A stretch of 64,000 bases of DNA from the NCBI RefSeq assembly GCF_036321535.1, contig NC_087436.1, forward strand, positions 3,906,001 through 3,970,000, written 5' to 3'. This DNA comes from Camelus dromedarius. Taxonomy: Eukaryota. Below are positions 39,262 to 52,900 of this stretch, piece after piece (position 1 is the first letter of the stretch; each line of letters begins with the position of its first letter). The translations under genes were made by a program, and so were the position numbers. The notes under the pieces are model-generated. The model did no database searches. It had not been told where the DNA came from and saw only the letters and a list, made by a program, of their open reading frames with translations.

Positions 39262-42200
39262 ATGAAGGATGGCTTTCACACACTTATCTCTCAGAACAGA
39301 GCATGTGGAGAGACGTTCGTTCATCTAGCACAAAGGGAACGGTTTGCAGGGGAACTTTTACTGTGGTATCTCAGTGTGTTTCCTAGTGCCGTTTTGAAGT
39401 TCCTGCAGTATTCACTGTTAAACCGAGTTGGAGCTGGTACCACCCCATATATATGTATGGATTGGAGTTTGCAACTGAAAAGAAACTTTGTTTTCCCAAC
39501 AAGCTAGATGAAGGATGGCTTTCACACACACTTATCTCTCAGAACTGAGCATGTGGAGAGACGTTCGTTCATCTAGCACAAAAGGAACGGGTTGCAGCAT
39601 AAACATTTACTGTAGTTTCTCAGTCTGTTTCCTATTGCCGGTTTGAAGTTCCTGCAGTTTTCACTGTAAAACAGATTTGGAGCTAGTACCTCCCCATATA
39701 TATGTATGGAGAAGGGTATGGAACAGAAAAGTAACTTTGTGTTCCCAAAATCTAGGTGAAGGACGGCTTTCACACACACTTATCTGTCAGAACTGAGCAC
39801 GTGGAGAGATGTTTGTTCATGTAGAACCAAGGGAACGGGTTGCAGGAGGAACTTTCACTCTGGTTTCTCAGTCTGTTTCCTAGTTCCGGTTTGAATTTCC
39901 TTCAGTTTTCACACTTAAACCGAGTTGGACCTAGAAACGCAACATATATATGTATGGAGTGGAATTTGCTACTGAAAAGAAACTTTGTGTTCCCAACAAG
40001 CTAGGTGAAGGACGGCTTTCACACACACTTATCTCTCAGAAATGAGCATGTGGAGAGACTTTCGTTCATGTAGCACAAAGGGAACGGGTTGCAGGAGAAA
40101 CTTTTACTCTGCTTTCTCAGTCTGTTTCCTAGTGCCTGTTTGATGGTCCTGCCGTTTTCACTGTAAAACAAAGTTGGAGCTAGTCCCTCCCCATATATAT
40201 GTATGGAGTGAAGTTTGCAACTGAAAATAAACTTTCTGTTCCCAACAAGGTATGTGAAGTACGGCTTTCACACACACTTACCTCTCAGAACTGAGCATGT
40301 GGAGAGACTTTCGTTCATCTAGCACAAAGGGAACGGTTTGCAGGAGGAAATTTTACTCTGGTTTCTCAGTCTGTTTCCTAGTGCCGGTTTGAAGTTCCTG
40401 CAGTTTTCACTGTAAAACAGACTTGAAGCTAGTACCTCCCCATATATATGTTTGGAGTGGAGTTTGCAACTGAAAAGAAATTTTGTATTCCCAACAAGCT
40501 AGGTGAAGGAAGGCTTTCACACACAATTATGTCTCAGAACTGAGCATGAGGAGAGACGTTCGTTCATCTAGCAACAAGGGAACGGGTTGCAGGAGAAACA
40601 TTTACTCTGGGTTCTCAGTCTGTTTCCTAGTGCCGTATTGAAGTTCCTGCAGTTTTCACTGTAAAACAGAGTTGGAGCTAGAACCTCCCCAAATAAATGT
40701 ATGGAGTGGAGTTTGCAACTGAAAAGAAACTTTGTGTTCCCAACAAGCTAGATGAAGGACGGCTTTCACACACACATATTTCTCAGAACTGAGCATGTGC
40801 AGAGACTTTCGTTCATCTAGCACAAAGGGAACGGGTTGCATTAGAAAATTTACTCTGGATTCTCAGACTTTTTCCTAGTGCCGGTTTGAATTTTCTGCAG
40901 ATTTCAATGTAAAATCGAGTTGGAGCTATTACCTCCCCATATAAATTTATGGAGTGGAGTTTGCAACTGAAAAGAAACTTTGTGTTCCCATCAAGCTAGC
41001 TGAAGGAAGGCTTTCACACACATATATCCCTCAGAACTGAGCATGTGGAGAGACGTTCGTTCATCTAGCACAAAGGGAACGGGTTGCAGGAGAAACTTTT
41101 ACTGTGGTTCCTCATTCTGTTTTCTAGTGCCGGGTTGATGGTCCTGCAGTTTTCAATGTTAAACCGATTTGGAGCTAGTACCTCACCATAGATATGTATG
41201 GAGTGGTGTTTGCAACTGAAAACAAACTTTGTGTTCCCAACAAGCTAGGTGAAGGATGGCTTTCACACACACTTATCCCTCAGAACTGAGCATGTGGAGA
41301 GACGATGGTTCATCTAGCACAAAGGGAATGGGTTGCAGGAGAAACTTATACACTGGTTTCTGAGACTTTTTCCTAGTGCCGTTTTGAAGTTCATGCAGTT
41401 TTCACTGTAAAATCGAGTTTGAGCTAGTACTTCCCCATATATATGTATGGAGTGAATTTTGCACCTGAAAAGATACTTTCTGTTCCCTACAAGCTAGTTG
41501 AAAGACGATTTCACACACACTTATCTCTCAGAACTGAGCATGTTGAGAGACGTTCATTCATCCAGCACAAAGGGAACGTTTTGCAGGTGTAACTTTTACT
41601 CTGGCTTCTCAGGCTGTTTCCTAGTGCCGGTTTGAAGTTCCTGCAGTTTTCACTGTAAAAAAAAGTTGGAGCTTGTACCACCCCATATATATGTATGGAG
41701 AAGTGTTTGCAACTGAAAATAAACTTTTTTTTCCCAACAAGCTAGTTGAAGGACGTCTTTCACACACACTTATCTCTCAGAACTGAGCAAGGGGAGAAAA
41801 GTTCATTCATCTAGCACGAAGGGAACGGGATGCAGGAGAAACTTTTATTCTGGTTCCTCAGTCTGTTTCTAGTGCCGGTTTGAAGTTCCTGCAGTTTTAA
41901 CTGTAAAACCGTGTTGCAGGTATTACCTCCCCATTTATATGTATGGAGTGGAGTTTGCAACTGAAAAGAAACTTTGTGTTCCCAACAACCTAGGTGAAGA
42001 ACGGCTTTCACACACAATTATCTCTCAGAACTGAGCATGTGGAAAGACGTTCGTTCATCTAGCACAAACGGAACGGTTTGCAGGAGGAACTTTTACTCTG
42101 GTTCCTCAGTATCTTTCCTAGTGCCAGTTTAAATGTCCTGCAGTTTTCACTGTTAAACCGAGTTGGAGCTAGAACCTCCCCATATATATGTATGGAGTGG

Positions 42201-43982
42201 AGTTTGCAACTGAAAAGAAACTTTCTGTTCCCAACAAGCTAGTTGAAAGACGGCTTTCACACACATTTATCTCTCAGAACTGAGCATGTGGAGAGACTTT
42301 CGTTCATCTAGCACAAAGGGAACGGGTTGCAGGATAAAATTTTACTGTGGTTTCTCAGTCTGTTACCTAGTGCCGGTTTGAAGTTCTTGCATTTTTCACT
42401 GTAAAACCGAGTTGGAGCTAGTACCTCCCCATATATATGTATGGAGGGAAGTTTGCAACTGAAAAGAAATTTTCTGTTCCCAACAAGTTAGTTGTAGTAC
42501 GGCTTTCACACACAATTATCTCTCAGAACTGAGCATGAGGAGAGACGTTCGTTCATCTAGCACAAATGGAACGGGTTGCAGGAGAAACTTTTACTGTGGT
42601 TTCTCAGTCTGTTACCTAGTGCCGGTTTGAAGTTCCTGCGGTTTTCAGTGTAAAACCGAGTTGGAGCTACTACCTCCACATATATATATATGGAGTGGAG
42701 TTTGCAACCTAAAAGAAACTTTGTTTTCCCAACAAGGTAGGTGAATGACGGCTTTCACACACTTATCTCTCAGAACTGAGCATGTGGAGAGACGTTCGTT
42801 CATCTAGCAAAAACGGAACGGGTTGCAGGAGGAACTTTTACTCTGGTTCCTCAGTCTCTTTCCTAGTGCCAGTTTAAATGACCTGCAGTTTTCACTGTTA
42901 AACCGAGTTGGAGCTAGAACCTCCCCATATATATGTATGGAGTGGAGTTTGCAACTGAAAAGAAACTATGTGTTCCCAACAAGCTAGGTGAAGGACGGCT
43001 TTCACACACACTTATCCCTCAGAAATGAGCATGTGGAGAGACGTTCGTTCATCTAGCACAAAGTGAACTGTTTGCAGGAGAAACTTTTCCTCTGGTTTCT
43101 GAGACTTTTTCCTAGTGCCGTTTTGAATTTCATGCATTTTTCACTGTAAAATCGAGTTGGAGCTAGTACTTCCCCATATATATGTATGGAGTGAATTTTG
43201 CACCTGAAAAGATACTTTCTGTTTTCAACAATCTAAGTGAAGGACGGTTTCACACACACTGAACTCTCAGAACTGAGCATGTGGAGAGACGTTCGTTCAT
43301 CTAGCACCAAGGGAACGGGATGCAGGAGAAACTTTTACTCTGGTTTCTCAGTCTGTTTCCTAGTGCCTGTTTGATACTCCTGCAGTTTTCACTGTAAAAC
43401 AGAGTTGGAGCTAGTTCCTCCTCATATATATGTATGGAGTGAAGTTTGCAACTGAAAATAAACTTTGTGTTCCCAACAAGCTGGGTGAAGTACGGCTTTC
43501 ACACACACTTACCTCTCAGAACTGAGCATGTGGAGAGACTTTCGTTCATCTAGCACAAAGGGAACGGGTTGCAGGAGGAAATTTTACTCTGGTTTCTCAG
43601 TCTGTTTCCTAGTGCCGGTTTTAAGTTCCTGCAGTTTTCACTGTAAAACAGACTTGGAGCTAGTACCTACCCATATATATGTTTGGAGTGGATTTTGCAA
43701 CTGAAAAGAAACTTTGTGTTCCCAACAAGCTAGGTGAAGGAATGCTTTCACACACACTTATTTCTCAGAACAGAGCATGTGGAGAGACTTTCGTTCATCT
43801 AGCACAAACTTAACGGGTTGCAGGAGAAACTTTAACTCTATTTCCTCAGTCTGTTTCCTAGTGCCGGATTGAAGTTCTTGCAGATATTTCTGTAAAACCG
43901 AGTTGGAGCTTGTACCTCCCCATATATATGTATGGAGTGGAGTTTGCAACTGAAAAGAAACTTTGTGTTCCCAACAAGCTAG
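39262..43982 (+). repeat. HOR unit variant, 4721 bp (19 monomers)
   Basis: Identical ORF pairs 39573/44294, 40656/45377 and 41811/46532, offset 4721. Confidence 0.9.
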
Positions 43983-46900
43983 GTGAAGTACGGCTTTCAC
44001 ACACTTATCTCTCAGAACAGAGCATGTGGAGAGACGTTCGTTCATCTAGCACAAAGGGAACAGTTTGCAGGGGAACTTTTACTGTGGTATCTCAGTGTGT
44101 TTCCTAGTGCCGTTTTGAAGTTCCTGCTGTATTCACTGTTAAACCGAGTTGGAGCTGGTACCACCCCATATATATGTATGGATTGGAGTTTGCAACTGAA
44201 AAGAAACTTTGTTTTCCCAACAAGCTAGATGAAGGATGGCTTTCACACACACTTATCTCTCAGAACTGAGCATGTGGAGAGACGTTCGTTCATCTAGCAC
44301 AAAAGGAACGGGTTGCAGCATAAACATTTACTGTAGTTTCTCAGTCTGTTTCCTATTGCCGGTTTGAAGTTCCTGCAGTTTTCACTGTAAAACAGATTTG
44401 GAGCTAGTACCTCCCCATATATATGTATGGAGAAGGGTATGGAACAGAAAAGTAACTTTGTGTTCCCAAAATCTAGGTGAAGGACGGCTTTCACACACAC
44501 TTATCTGTCAGAACTGAGCACGTGGAGAGATGTTTGTTCATGTAGAACCAAGGGAACGGGTTGCAGGAGGAACTTTCACTCTGGTTTCTCAGTCTGTTTC
44601 CTAGTTCCGGTTTGAATTTCCTTCAGTTTTCACACTTAAACCGAGTTGGACCTAGAAACGCAACATATATATGTATGGAGTGGAATTTGCTACTGAAAAG
44701 AAACTTTGTGTTCCCAACAAGCTAGGTGAAGGACGGCTTTCACACACACTTATCTCTCAGAAATGAGCATGTGGAGAGACTTTCGTTCATGTAGCACAAA
44801 GGGAACGGGTTGCAGGAGAAACTTTTACTCTGCTTTCTCAGTCTGTTTCCTAGTGCCTGTTTGATGGTCCTGCCGTTTTCACTGTAAAACAAAGTTGGAG
44901 CTAGTCCCTCCCCATATATATGTATGGAGTGAAGTTTGCAACTGAAAATAAACTTTCTGTTCCCAACAAGGTATGTGAAGTACGGCTTTCACACACACTT
45001 ACCTCTCAGAACTGAGCATGTGGAGAGACTTTCGTTCATCTAGCACAAAGGGAACGGTTTGCAGGAGGAAATTTTACTCTGGTTTCTCAGTCTGTTTCCT
45101 AGTGCCGGTTTGAAGTTCCTGCAGTTTTCACTGTAAAACAGACTTGAAGCTAGTACCTCCCCATATATATGTTTGGAGTGGAGTTTGCAACTGAAAAGAA
45201 ATTTTGTATTCCCAACAAGCTAGGTGAAGGAAGGCTTTCACACACAATTATGTCTCAGAACTGAGCATGAGGAGAGACGTTCGTTCATCTAGCAACAAGG
45301 GAACGGGTTGCAGGAGAAACATTTACTCTGGGTTCTCAGTCTGTTTCCTAGTGCCGTATTGAAGTTCCTGCAGTTTTCACTGTAAAACAGAGTTGGAGCT
45401 AGAACCTCCCCAAATAAATGTATGGAGTGGAGTTTGCAACTGAAAAGAAACTTTGTGTTCCCAACAAGCTAGATGAAGGACGGCTTTCACACACACATAT
45501 TTCTCAGAACTGAGCATGTGCAGAGACTTTCGTTCATCTAGCACAAAGGGAACGGGTTGCATTAGAAAATTTACTCTGGATTCTCAGACTTTTTCCTAGT
45601 GCCGGTTTGAATTTTCTGCAGATTTCAATGTAAAATCGAGTTGGAGCTATTACCTCCCCATATAAATTTATGGAGTGGAGTTTGCAACTGAAAAGAAACT
45701 TTGTGTTCCCATCAAGCTAGCTGAAGGAAGGCTTTCACACACATATATCCCTCAGAACTGAGCATGTGGAGAGACGTTCGTTCATCTAGCACAAAGGGAA
45801 CGGGTTGCAGGAGAAACTTTTACTGTGGTTCCTCATTCTGTTTTCTAGTGCCGGGTTGATGGTCCTGCAGTTTTCAATGTTAAACCGATTTGGAGCTAGT
45901 ACCTCACCATAGATATGTATGGAGTGGTGTTTGCAACTGAAAACAAACTTTGTGTTCCCAACAAGCTAGGTGAAGGATGGCTTTCACACACACTTATCCC
46001 TCAGAACTGAGCATGTGGAGAGACGATGGTTCATCTAGCACAAAGGGAATGGGTTGCAGGAGAAACTTATACACTGGTTTCTGAGACTTTTTCCTAGTGC
46101 CGTTTTGAAGTTCATGCAGTTTTCACTGTAAAATCGAGTTTGAGCTAGTACTTCCCCATATATATGTATGGAGTGAATTTTGCACCTGAAAAGATACTTT
46201 CTGTTCCCTACAAGCTAGTTGAAAGACGATTTCACACACACTTATCTCTCAGAACTGAGCATGTTGAGAGACGTTCATTCATCCAGCACAAAGGGAACGT
46301 TTTGCAGGTGTAACTTTTACTCTGGCTTCTCAGGCTGTTTCCTAGTGCCGGTTTGAAGTTCCTGCAGTTTTCACTGTAAAAAAAAGTTGGAGCTTGTACC
46401 ACCCCATATATATGTATGGAGAAGTGTTTGCAACTGAAAATAAACTTTTTTTTCCCAACAAGCTAGTTGAAGGACGTCTTTCACACACACTTATCTCTCA
46501 GAACTGAGCAAGGGGAGAAAAGTTCATTCATCTAGCACGAAGGGAACGGGATGCAGGAGAAACTTTTATTCTGGTTCCTCAGTCTGTTTCTAGTGCCGGT
46601 TTGAAGTTCCTGCAGTTTTAACTGTAAAACCGTGTTGCAGGTATTACCTCCCCATTTATATGTATGGAGTGGAGTTTGCAACTGAAAAGAAACTTTGTGT
46701 TCCCAACAACCTAGGTGAAGAACGGCTTTCACACACAATTATCTCTCAGAACTGAGCATGTGGAAAGACGTTCGTTCATCTAGCACAAACGGAACGGTTT
46801 GCAGGAGGAACTTTTACTCTGGTTCCTCAGTATCTTTCCTAGTGCCAGTTTAAATGTCCTGCAGTTTTCACTGTTAAACCGAGTTGGAGCTAGAACCTCC

Positions 46901-49900
46901 CCATATATATGTATGGAGTGGAGTTTGCAACTGAAAAGAAACTTTCTGTTCCCAACAAGCTAGTTGAAAGACGGCTTTCACACACATTTATCTCTCAGAA
47001 CTGAGCATGTGGAGAGACTTTCGTTCATCTAGCACAAAGGGAACGGGTTGCAGGATAAAATTTTACTGTGGTTTCTCAGTCTGTTACCTAGTGCCGGTTT
47101 GAAGTTCTTGCATTTTTCACTGTAAAACCGAGTTGGAGCTAGTACCTCCCCATATATATGTATGGAGGGAAGTTTGCAACTGAAAAGAAATTTTCTGTTC
47201 CCAACAAGTTAGTTGTAGTACGGCTTTCACACACAATTATCTCTCAGAACTGAGCATGAGGAGAGACGTTCGTTCATCTAGCACAAATGGAACGGGTTGC
47301 AGGAGAAACTTTTACTGTGGTTTCTCAGTCTGTTACCTAGTGCCGGTTTGAAGTTCCTGCGGTTTTCAGTGTAAAACCGAGTTGGAGCTACTACCTCCAC
47401 ATATATATATATGGAGTGGAGTTTGCAACCTAAAAGAAACTTTGTTTTCCCAACAAGGTAGGTGAATGACGGCTTTCACACACTTATCTCTCAGAACTGA
47501 GCATGTGGAGAGACGTTCGTTCATCTAGCAAAAACGGAACGGGTTGCAGGAGGAACTTTTACTCTGGTTCCTCAGTCTCTTTCCTAGTGCCAGTTTAAAT
47601 GACCTGCAGTTTTCACTGTTAAACCGAGTTGGAGCTAGAACCTCCCCATATATATGTATGGAGTGGAGTTTGCAACTGAAAAGAAACTATGTGTTCCCAA
47701 CAAGCTAGGTGAAGGACGGCTTTCACACACACTTATCCCTCAGAAATGAGCATGTGGAGAGACGTTCGTTCATCTAGCACAAAGTGAACTGTTTGCAGGA
47801 GAAACTTTTCCTCTGGTTTCTGAGACTTTTTCCTAGTGCCGTTTTGAATTTCATGCATTTTTCACTGTAAAATCGAGTTGGAGCTAGTACTTCCCCATAT
47901 ATATGTATGGAGTGAATTTTGCACCTGAAAAGATACTTTCTGTTTTCAACAATCTAAGTGAAGGACGGTTTCACACACACTGAACTCTCAGAACTGAGCA
48001 TGTGGAGAGACGTTCGTTCATCTAGCACCAAGGGAACGGGATGCAGGAGAAACTTTTACTCTGGTTTCTCAGTCTGTTTCCTAGTGCCTGTTTGATACTC
48101 CTGCAGTTTTCACTGTAAAACAGAGTTGGAGCTAGTTCCTCCTCATATATATGTATGGAGTGAAGTTTGCAACTGAAAATAAACTTTGTGTTCCCAACAA
48201 GCTGGGTGAAGTACGGCTTTCACACACACTTACCTCTCAGAACTGAGCATGTGGAGAGACTTTCGTTCATCTAGCACAAAGGGAACGGGTTGCAGGAGGA
48301 AATTTTACTCTGGTTTCTCAGTCTGTTTCCTAGTGCCGGTTTTAAGTTCCTGCAGTTTTCACTGTAAAACAGACTTGGAGCTAGTACCTACCCATATATA
48401 TGTTTGGAGTGGATTTTGCAACTGAAAAGAAACTTTGTGTTCCCAACAAGCAAGATGAAGGACGGCTTTCACACATCCATATTTCTCAGAACTGAGCATG
48501 TGGAGAGACTTTCGTTCATCTAGCACAAAGGGAACGGGTTGCAGGAGAAACTATTACTCTGGAATCTCACTCTTTTTCCTAGTGCCGGTAGGAAGTTCAT
48601 GCAGTTTTCACTGTAAAACCGAGCTGGAGCTAGTACCTCCACATATATATGTATGGAGTGGAATTTGCAACTGAGAACATACTTTCTGCTTTCTACAAGC
48701 TAGGTGAAGTACGGTTTCACACACACTTATCTCTCAGAACTGAGCATGTGGAGAGACGTTGGTTCATCTAGCACCAAGGGAACGGGTTGCAGGAGAAACT
48801 TTTACTCTGGTTTCTGTGCCTTTTTCCTACTGCCGGTTTGAACTTCATGCAGTTTTCACAGTAAAACCGTGTTGGAGCTTGTAACTCCCCTTATATATGT
48901 AGAGAGAAGGGTTTGCAACTGAAAAGAAACTTTGTTTTCCCAACAAGCTAGTTGAAGAACGGCGTACACACACACTTATCCCTCAGAACTGATCATGTGG
49001 AGAGACCTTCGTTCATCTAGCACAAAGGGAACGGGTCCCAGGAGAAACTTTTACTCTGTTTTCTCAGTCTGTTTCCTCGTGCCGGTTTGAAGTTCCTGCA
49101 GTTTTCACTGTAAAACAGACTTGGAGCTAGTACCTCCCCATATATATGTTTGGAGTGGAATTTGCAACTGAAAAGAAACTTTGTGTTCCCAACAAGCTAG
49201 GTGAATAAAGGCTTTCACACACAATTATCTCACAGAACTCAGCAGGTGGAGAGACGTTCGTTCATCTTGCACAAAGGGAACGGGTTGCAGGGAAACATTT
49301 ACTCTGGTTTCTCAGTCTGTTTCCTAGTGCCTGTTTGAAGTTCCTGCAGTTTTCACTGTACAACCGAGTTGGAGCTAGTACCTCCCCATATATTTTAATG
49401 GATTGGAGTTTGTAACTTAAAAGAAATTTTGTATACCCAACAAGCTAGGTGAAGGAAGGCTTTCACACACACTTATTCCTCATAACTGAGCATGAGGAGA
49501 GACGTTCGTTCATCTAGCACAAAGGGAACTGGTTGCAGGAGAAACTTTTACTCTGGTTTCTCAGTCTGTTTCCTAGTGCCGGTTTGAAGTTCCTCCAGTT
49601 TTCACTGTAAAACGGTGTTGGAGATAGTACCTCCCCGTATATATGTATGGAGTGGACTTTGAAACTGAAAATAAACTTTGTGTTCCCAACAAGCTAGGTG
49701 AAGGAATGCTTTCACACACACTTATTTCTCAGAACAGAGCATGTGGAGAGACTTTCGTTCATCTAGCACAAACTTAACGGGTTGCAGGAGAAACTTTAAC
49801 TCTATTTCCTCAGTCTGTTTCCTAGTGCCGGATTGAAGTTCTTGCAGATATTTCTGTAAAACCGAGTTGGAGCTTGTACCTCCCCATATATATGTATGGA

Positions 49901-49946
49901 GTGGAGTTTGCAACTGAAAAGAAACTTTGTGTTCCCAACAAGCTAG
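43983..49946 (+). repeat. HOR unit variant, 5964 bp (24 monomers)
   Basis: Identical ORF pairs 43758/49722, 43910/49874, 43983/49947 and 44294/50258, offset 5964. Confidence 0.9.
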
Positions 49947-52900
49947 GTGAAGTACGGCTTTCACACACTTATCTCTCAGAACAGAGCATGTGGAGAGACG
50001 TTCGTTCATCTAGCACAAAGGGAACAGTTTGCAGGGGAACTTTTACTGTGGTATCTCAGTGTGTTTCCTAGTGCCGTTTTGAAGTTCCTGCTGTATTCAC
50101 TGTTAAACCGAGTTGGAGCTGGTACCACCCCATATATATGTATGGATTGGAGTTTGCAACTGAAAAGAAACTTTGTTTTCCCAACAAGCTAGATGAAGGA
50201 TGGCTTTCACACACACTTATCTCTCAGAACTGAGCATGTGGAGAGACGTTCGTTCATCTAGCACAAAAGGAACGGGTTGCAGCATAAACATTTACTGTAG
50301 TTTCTCAGTCTGTTTCCTATTGCCGGTTTGAAGTTCCTGCAGTTTTCACTGTAAAACAGATTTGGAGCTAGTACCTCCCCATATATATGTATGGAGAAGG
50401 GTATGGAACAGAAAAGTAACTTTGTGTTCCCAAAATCTAGGTGAAGGACGGCTTTCACACACACTTATCTGTCAGAACTGAGCACGTGGAGAGATGTTTG
50501 TTCATGTAGAACCAAGGGAACGGGTTGCAGGAGGAACTTTCACTCTGGTTTCTCAGTCTGTTTCCTAGTTCCGGTTTGAATTTCCTTCAGTTTTCACACT
50601 TAAACCGAGTTGGACCTAGAAACGCAACATATATATGTATGGAGTGGAATTTGCTACTGAAAAGAAACTTTGTGTTCCCAACAAGCTAGGTGAAGGACGG
50701 CTTTCACACACACTTATCTCTCAGAAATGAGCATGTGGAGAGACTTTCGTTCATGTAGCACAAAGGGAACGGGTTGCAGGAGAAAAGTTACTCTGCTTTC
50801 TCAGTCTGTTTCCTAGTGCCTGTTTGATGGTCCTGCCGTTTTCACTGTAAAACAAAGTTGGAGCTAGTCCCTCCCCATATATATGTATGGAGTGAAGTTT
50901 GCAACTGAAAATAAACTTTCTGTTCCCAACAAGGTATGTGAAGTACGGCTTTCACACACACTTACCTCTCAGAACTGAGCATGTGGAGAGACTTTCGTTC
51001 ATCTAGCACAAAGGGAACGGTTTGCAGGAGGAAATTTTACTCTGGTTTCTCAGTCTGTTTCCTAGTGCCGGTTTGAAGTTCCTGCAGTTTTCACTGTAAA
51101 ACAGACTTGAAGCTAGTACCTCCCCATATATATGTTTGGAGTGGAGTTTGCAACTGAAAAGAAAATATGTATTCCCAACAGCTAGGTAAAGAACGGCTTT
51201 CACACACAATTATCTCTCAGAACTGAGCATGTGGAGAGACGTTCGTTCATCTAGAACAAAGGGAACAGGTTGCAGGAGAAACTTTTACTCTGGTTTCTCA
51301 GTCTGTTTCCTAGTGCCTGTTTGAAGTTCCTGCAGTTTTCACTGTAAAACAGAGTTGGAGCTAGTACTTCCCCATATATATTAATGGAGTGGAGTTTGCA
51401 ACTGAAAAGAAATTTTGTATTCCCAACAAGCTAGGTGAAGGAAGGCTTTCACACACAATTATGTCTCAGAACTGAGCATGAGGAGAGACGTTCGTTCATC
51501 TAGCAACAAGGGAACGGGTTGCAGGAGAAACATTTACTCTGGGTTCTCAGTCTGTTTCCTAGTGCCGTATTGAAGTTCCTGCAGTTTTCACTGTAAAACA
51601 GAGTTGGAGCTAGAACCTCCCCAAATAAATGTATGGAGTGGAGTTTGCAACTGAAAAGAAACTTTGTGTTCCCAACAAGCTAGATGAAGGACGGCTTTCA
51701 CACACACATATTTCTCAGAACTGAGCATGTGCAGAGACTTTCGTTCATCTAGCACAAAGGGAACGGGTTGCATTAGAAAATTTACTCTGGATTCTCAGAC
51801 TTTTTCCTAGTGCCGGTTTGATTTTTCTGCAGATTTCAATGTAAAATCGAGTTGGAGCTATTACCTCCCCATATAAATTTATGGAGTGGAGTTTGCAACT
51901 GAAAAGAAACTTTGTGTTCCCAACAAGCTAGGTGAAGGAAGGCTTTCACACACATATATCCCTCAGAACTGAGCATGTGGAGAGACGTTCGTTCATCTAG
52001 CACAAAGGGAACGGGTTGCAGGAGAAACTTTTACTGTGGTTCCTCATTCTGTTTTCTAGTGCCGGGTTGATGGTCCTGCAGTTTTCAATGTTAAACCGAT
52101 TTGGAGCTAGTACCTCACCATAGATATGTATGGAGTGGTGTTTGCAACTGAAAACAAACTTTGTGTTCCCAACAAGCTAGGTGAAGGACGGCTTTCACAC
52201 ACACTTATCCCTCAGAACTGAGCATGTGGAGAGACGATGGTTCATCTAGCACAAAGGGAATGGGTTGCAGGAGAAACTTATACTCTGGTTTCTGAGACTT
52301 TTTCCTAGTGCCATTTTGAAGTTCATAGAGTTTTCACTGTAAAATCGAGTTTGAGCTAGTACTTCCCCATATATATGTATGGAGTGAATTTTGCACCTGA
52401 AAAGATACTTTCTGTTCCCTAGAAGCTAGGTGAAGTACGGTTTCACACACACTGATCTCTCAGAACTGAGCATGTGGGGAGACGTTCGTTCAGATAGCAC
52501 CAAGGGAACGGGATGCAGGAGAAACTTTTACTCTGGTTTCTCAGTCTGTTTCCTAGTGCCTGTTTGATGGTCCTGCAGTTTTCACTGTAAAAAACTTTTG
52601 GAGCTAGTTCCTCCCCATATATATATATATGGAGTGAAATTTGCAACTGAAAATAAACTTTGTGTTCCGAAGAAGCTGGGTGAAGTACGGCTTTCACACA
52701 CACTTACCTCTCAGAACTGAGCATGTGGAGAGACTTTCGTTCATCTAGCACAAAGGGAACAGGTTGCAGGAGGAAATTTTACTCTGGTTTCTCTGTCTGT
52801 TTCCTAGTGCCGGTTTGAAGTTCCTGCAGTTTTCACTGTAAAACAGACTTGGAGCTAGTACCTCCCCATATATATGTTTGGAGAGGATTTTGCAACTGAA

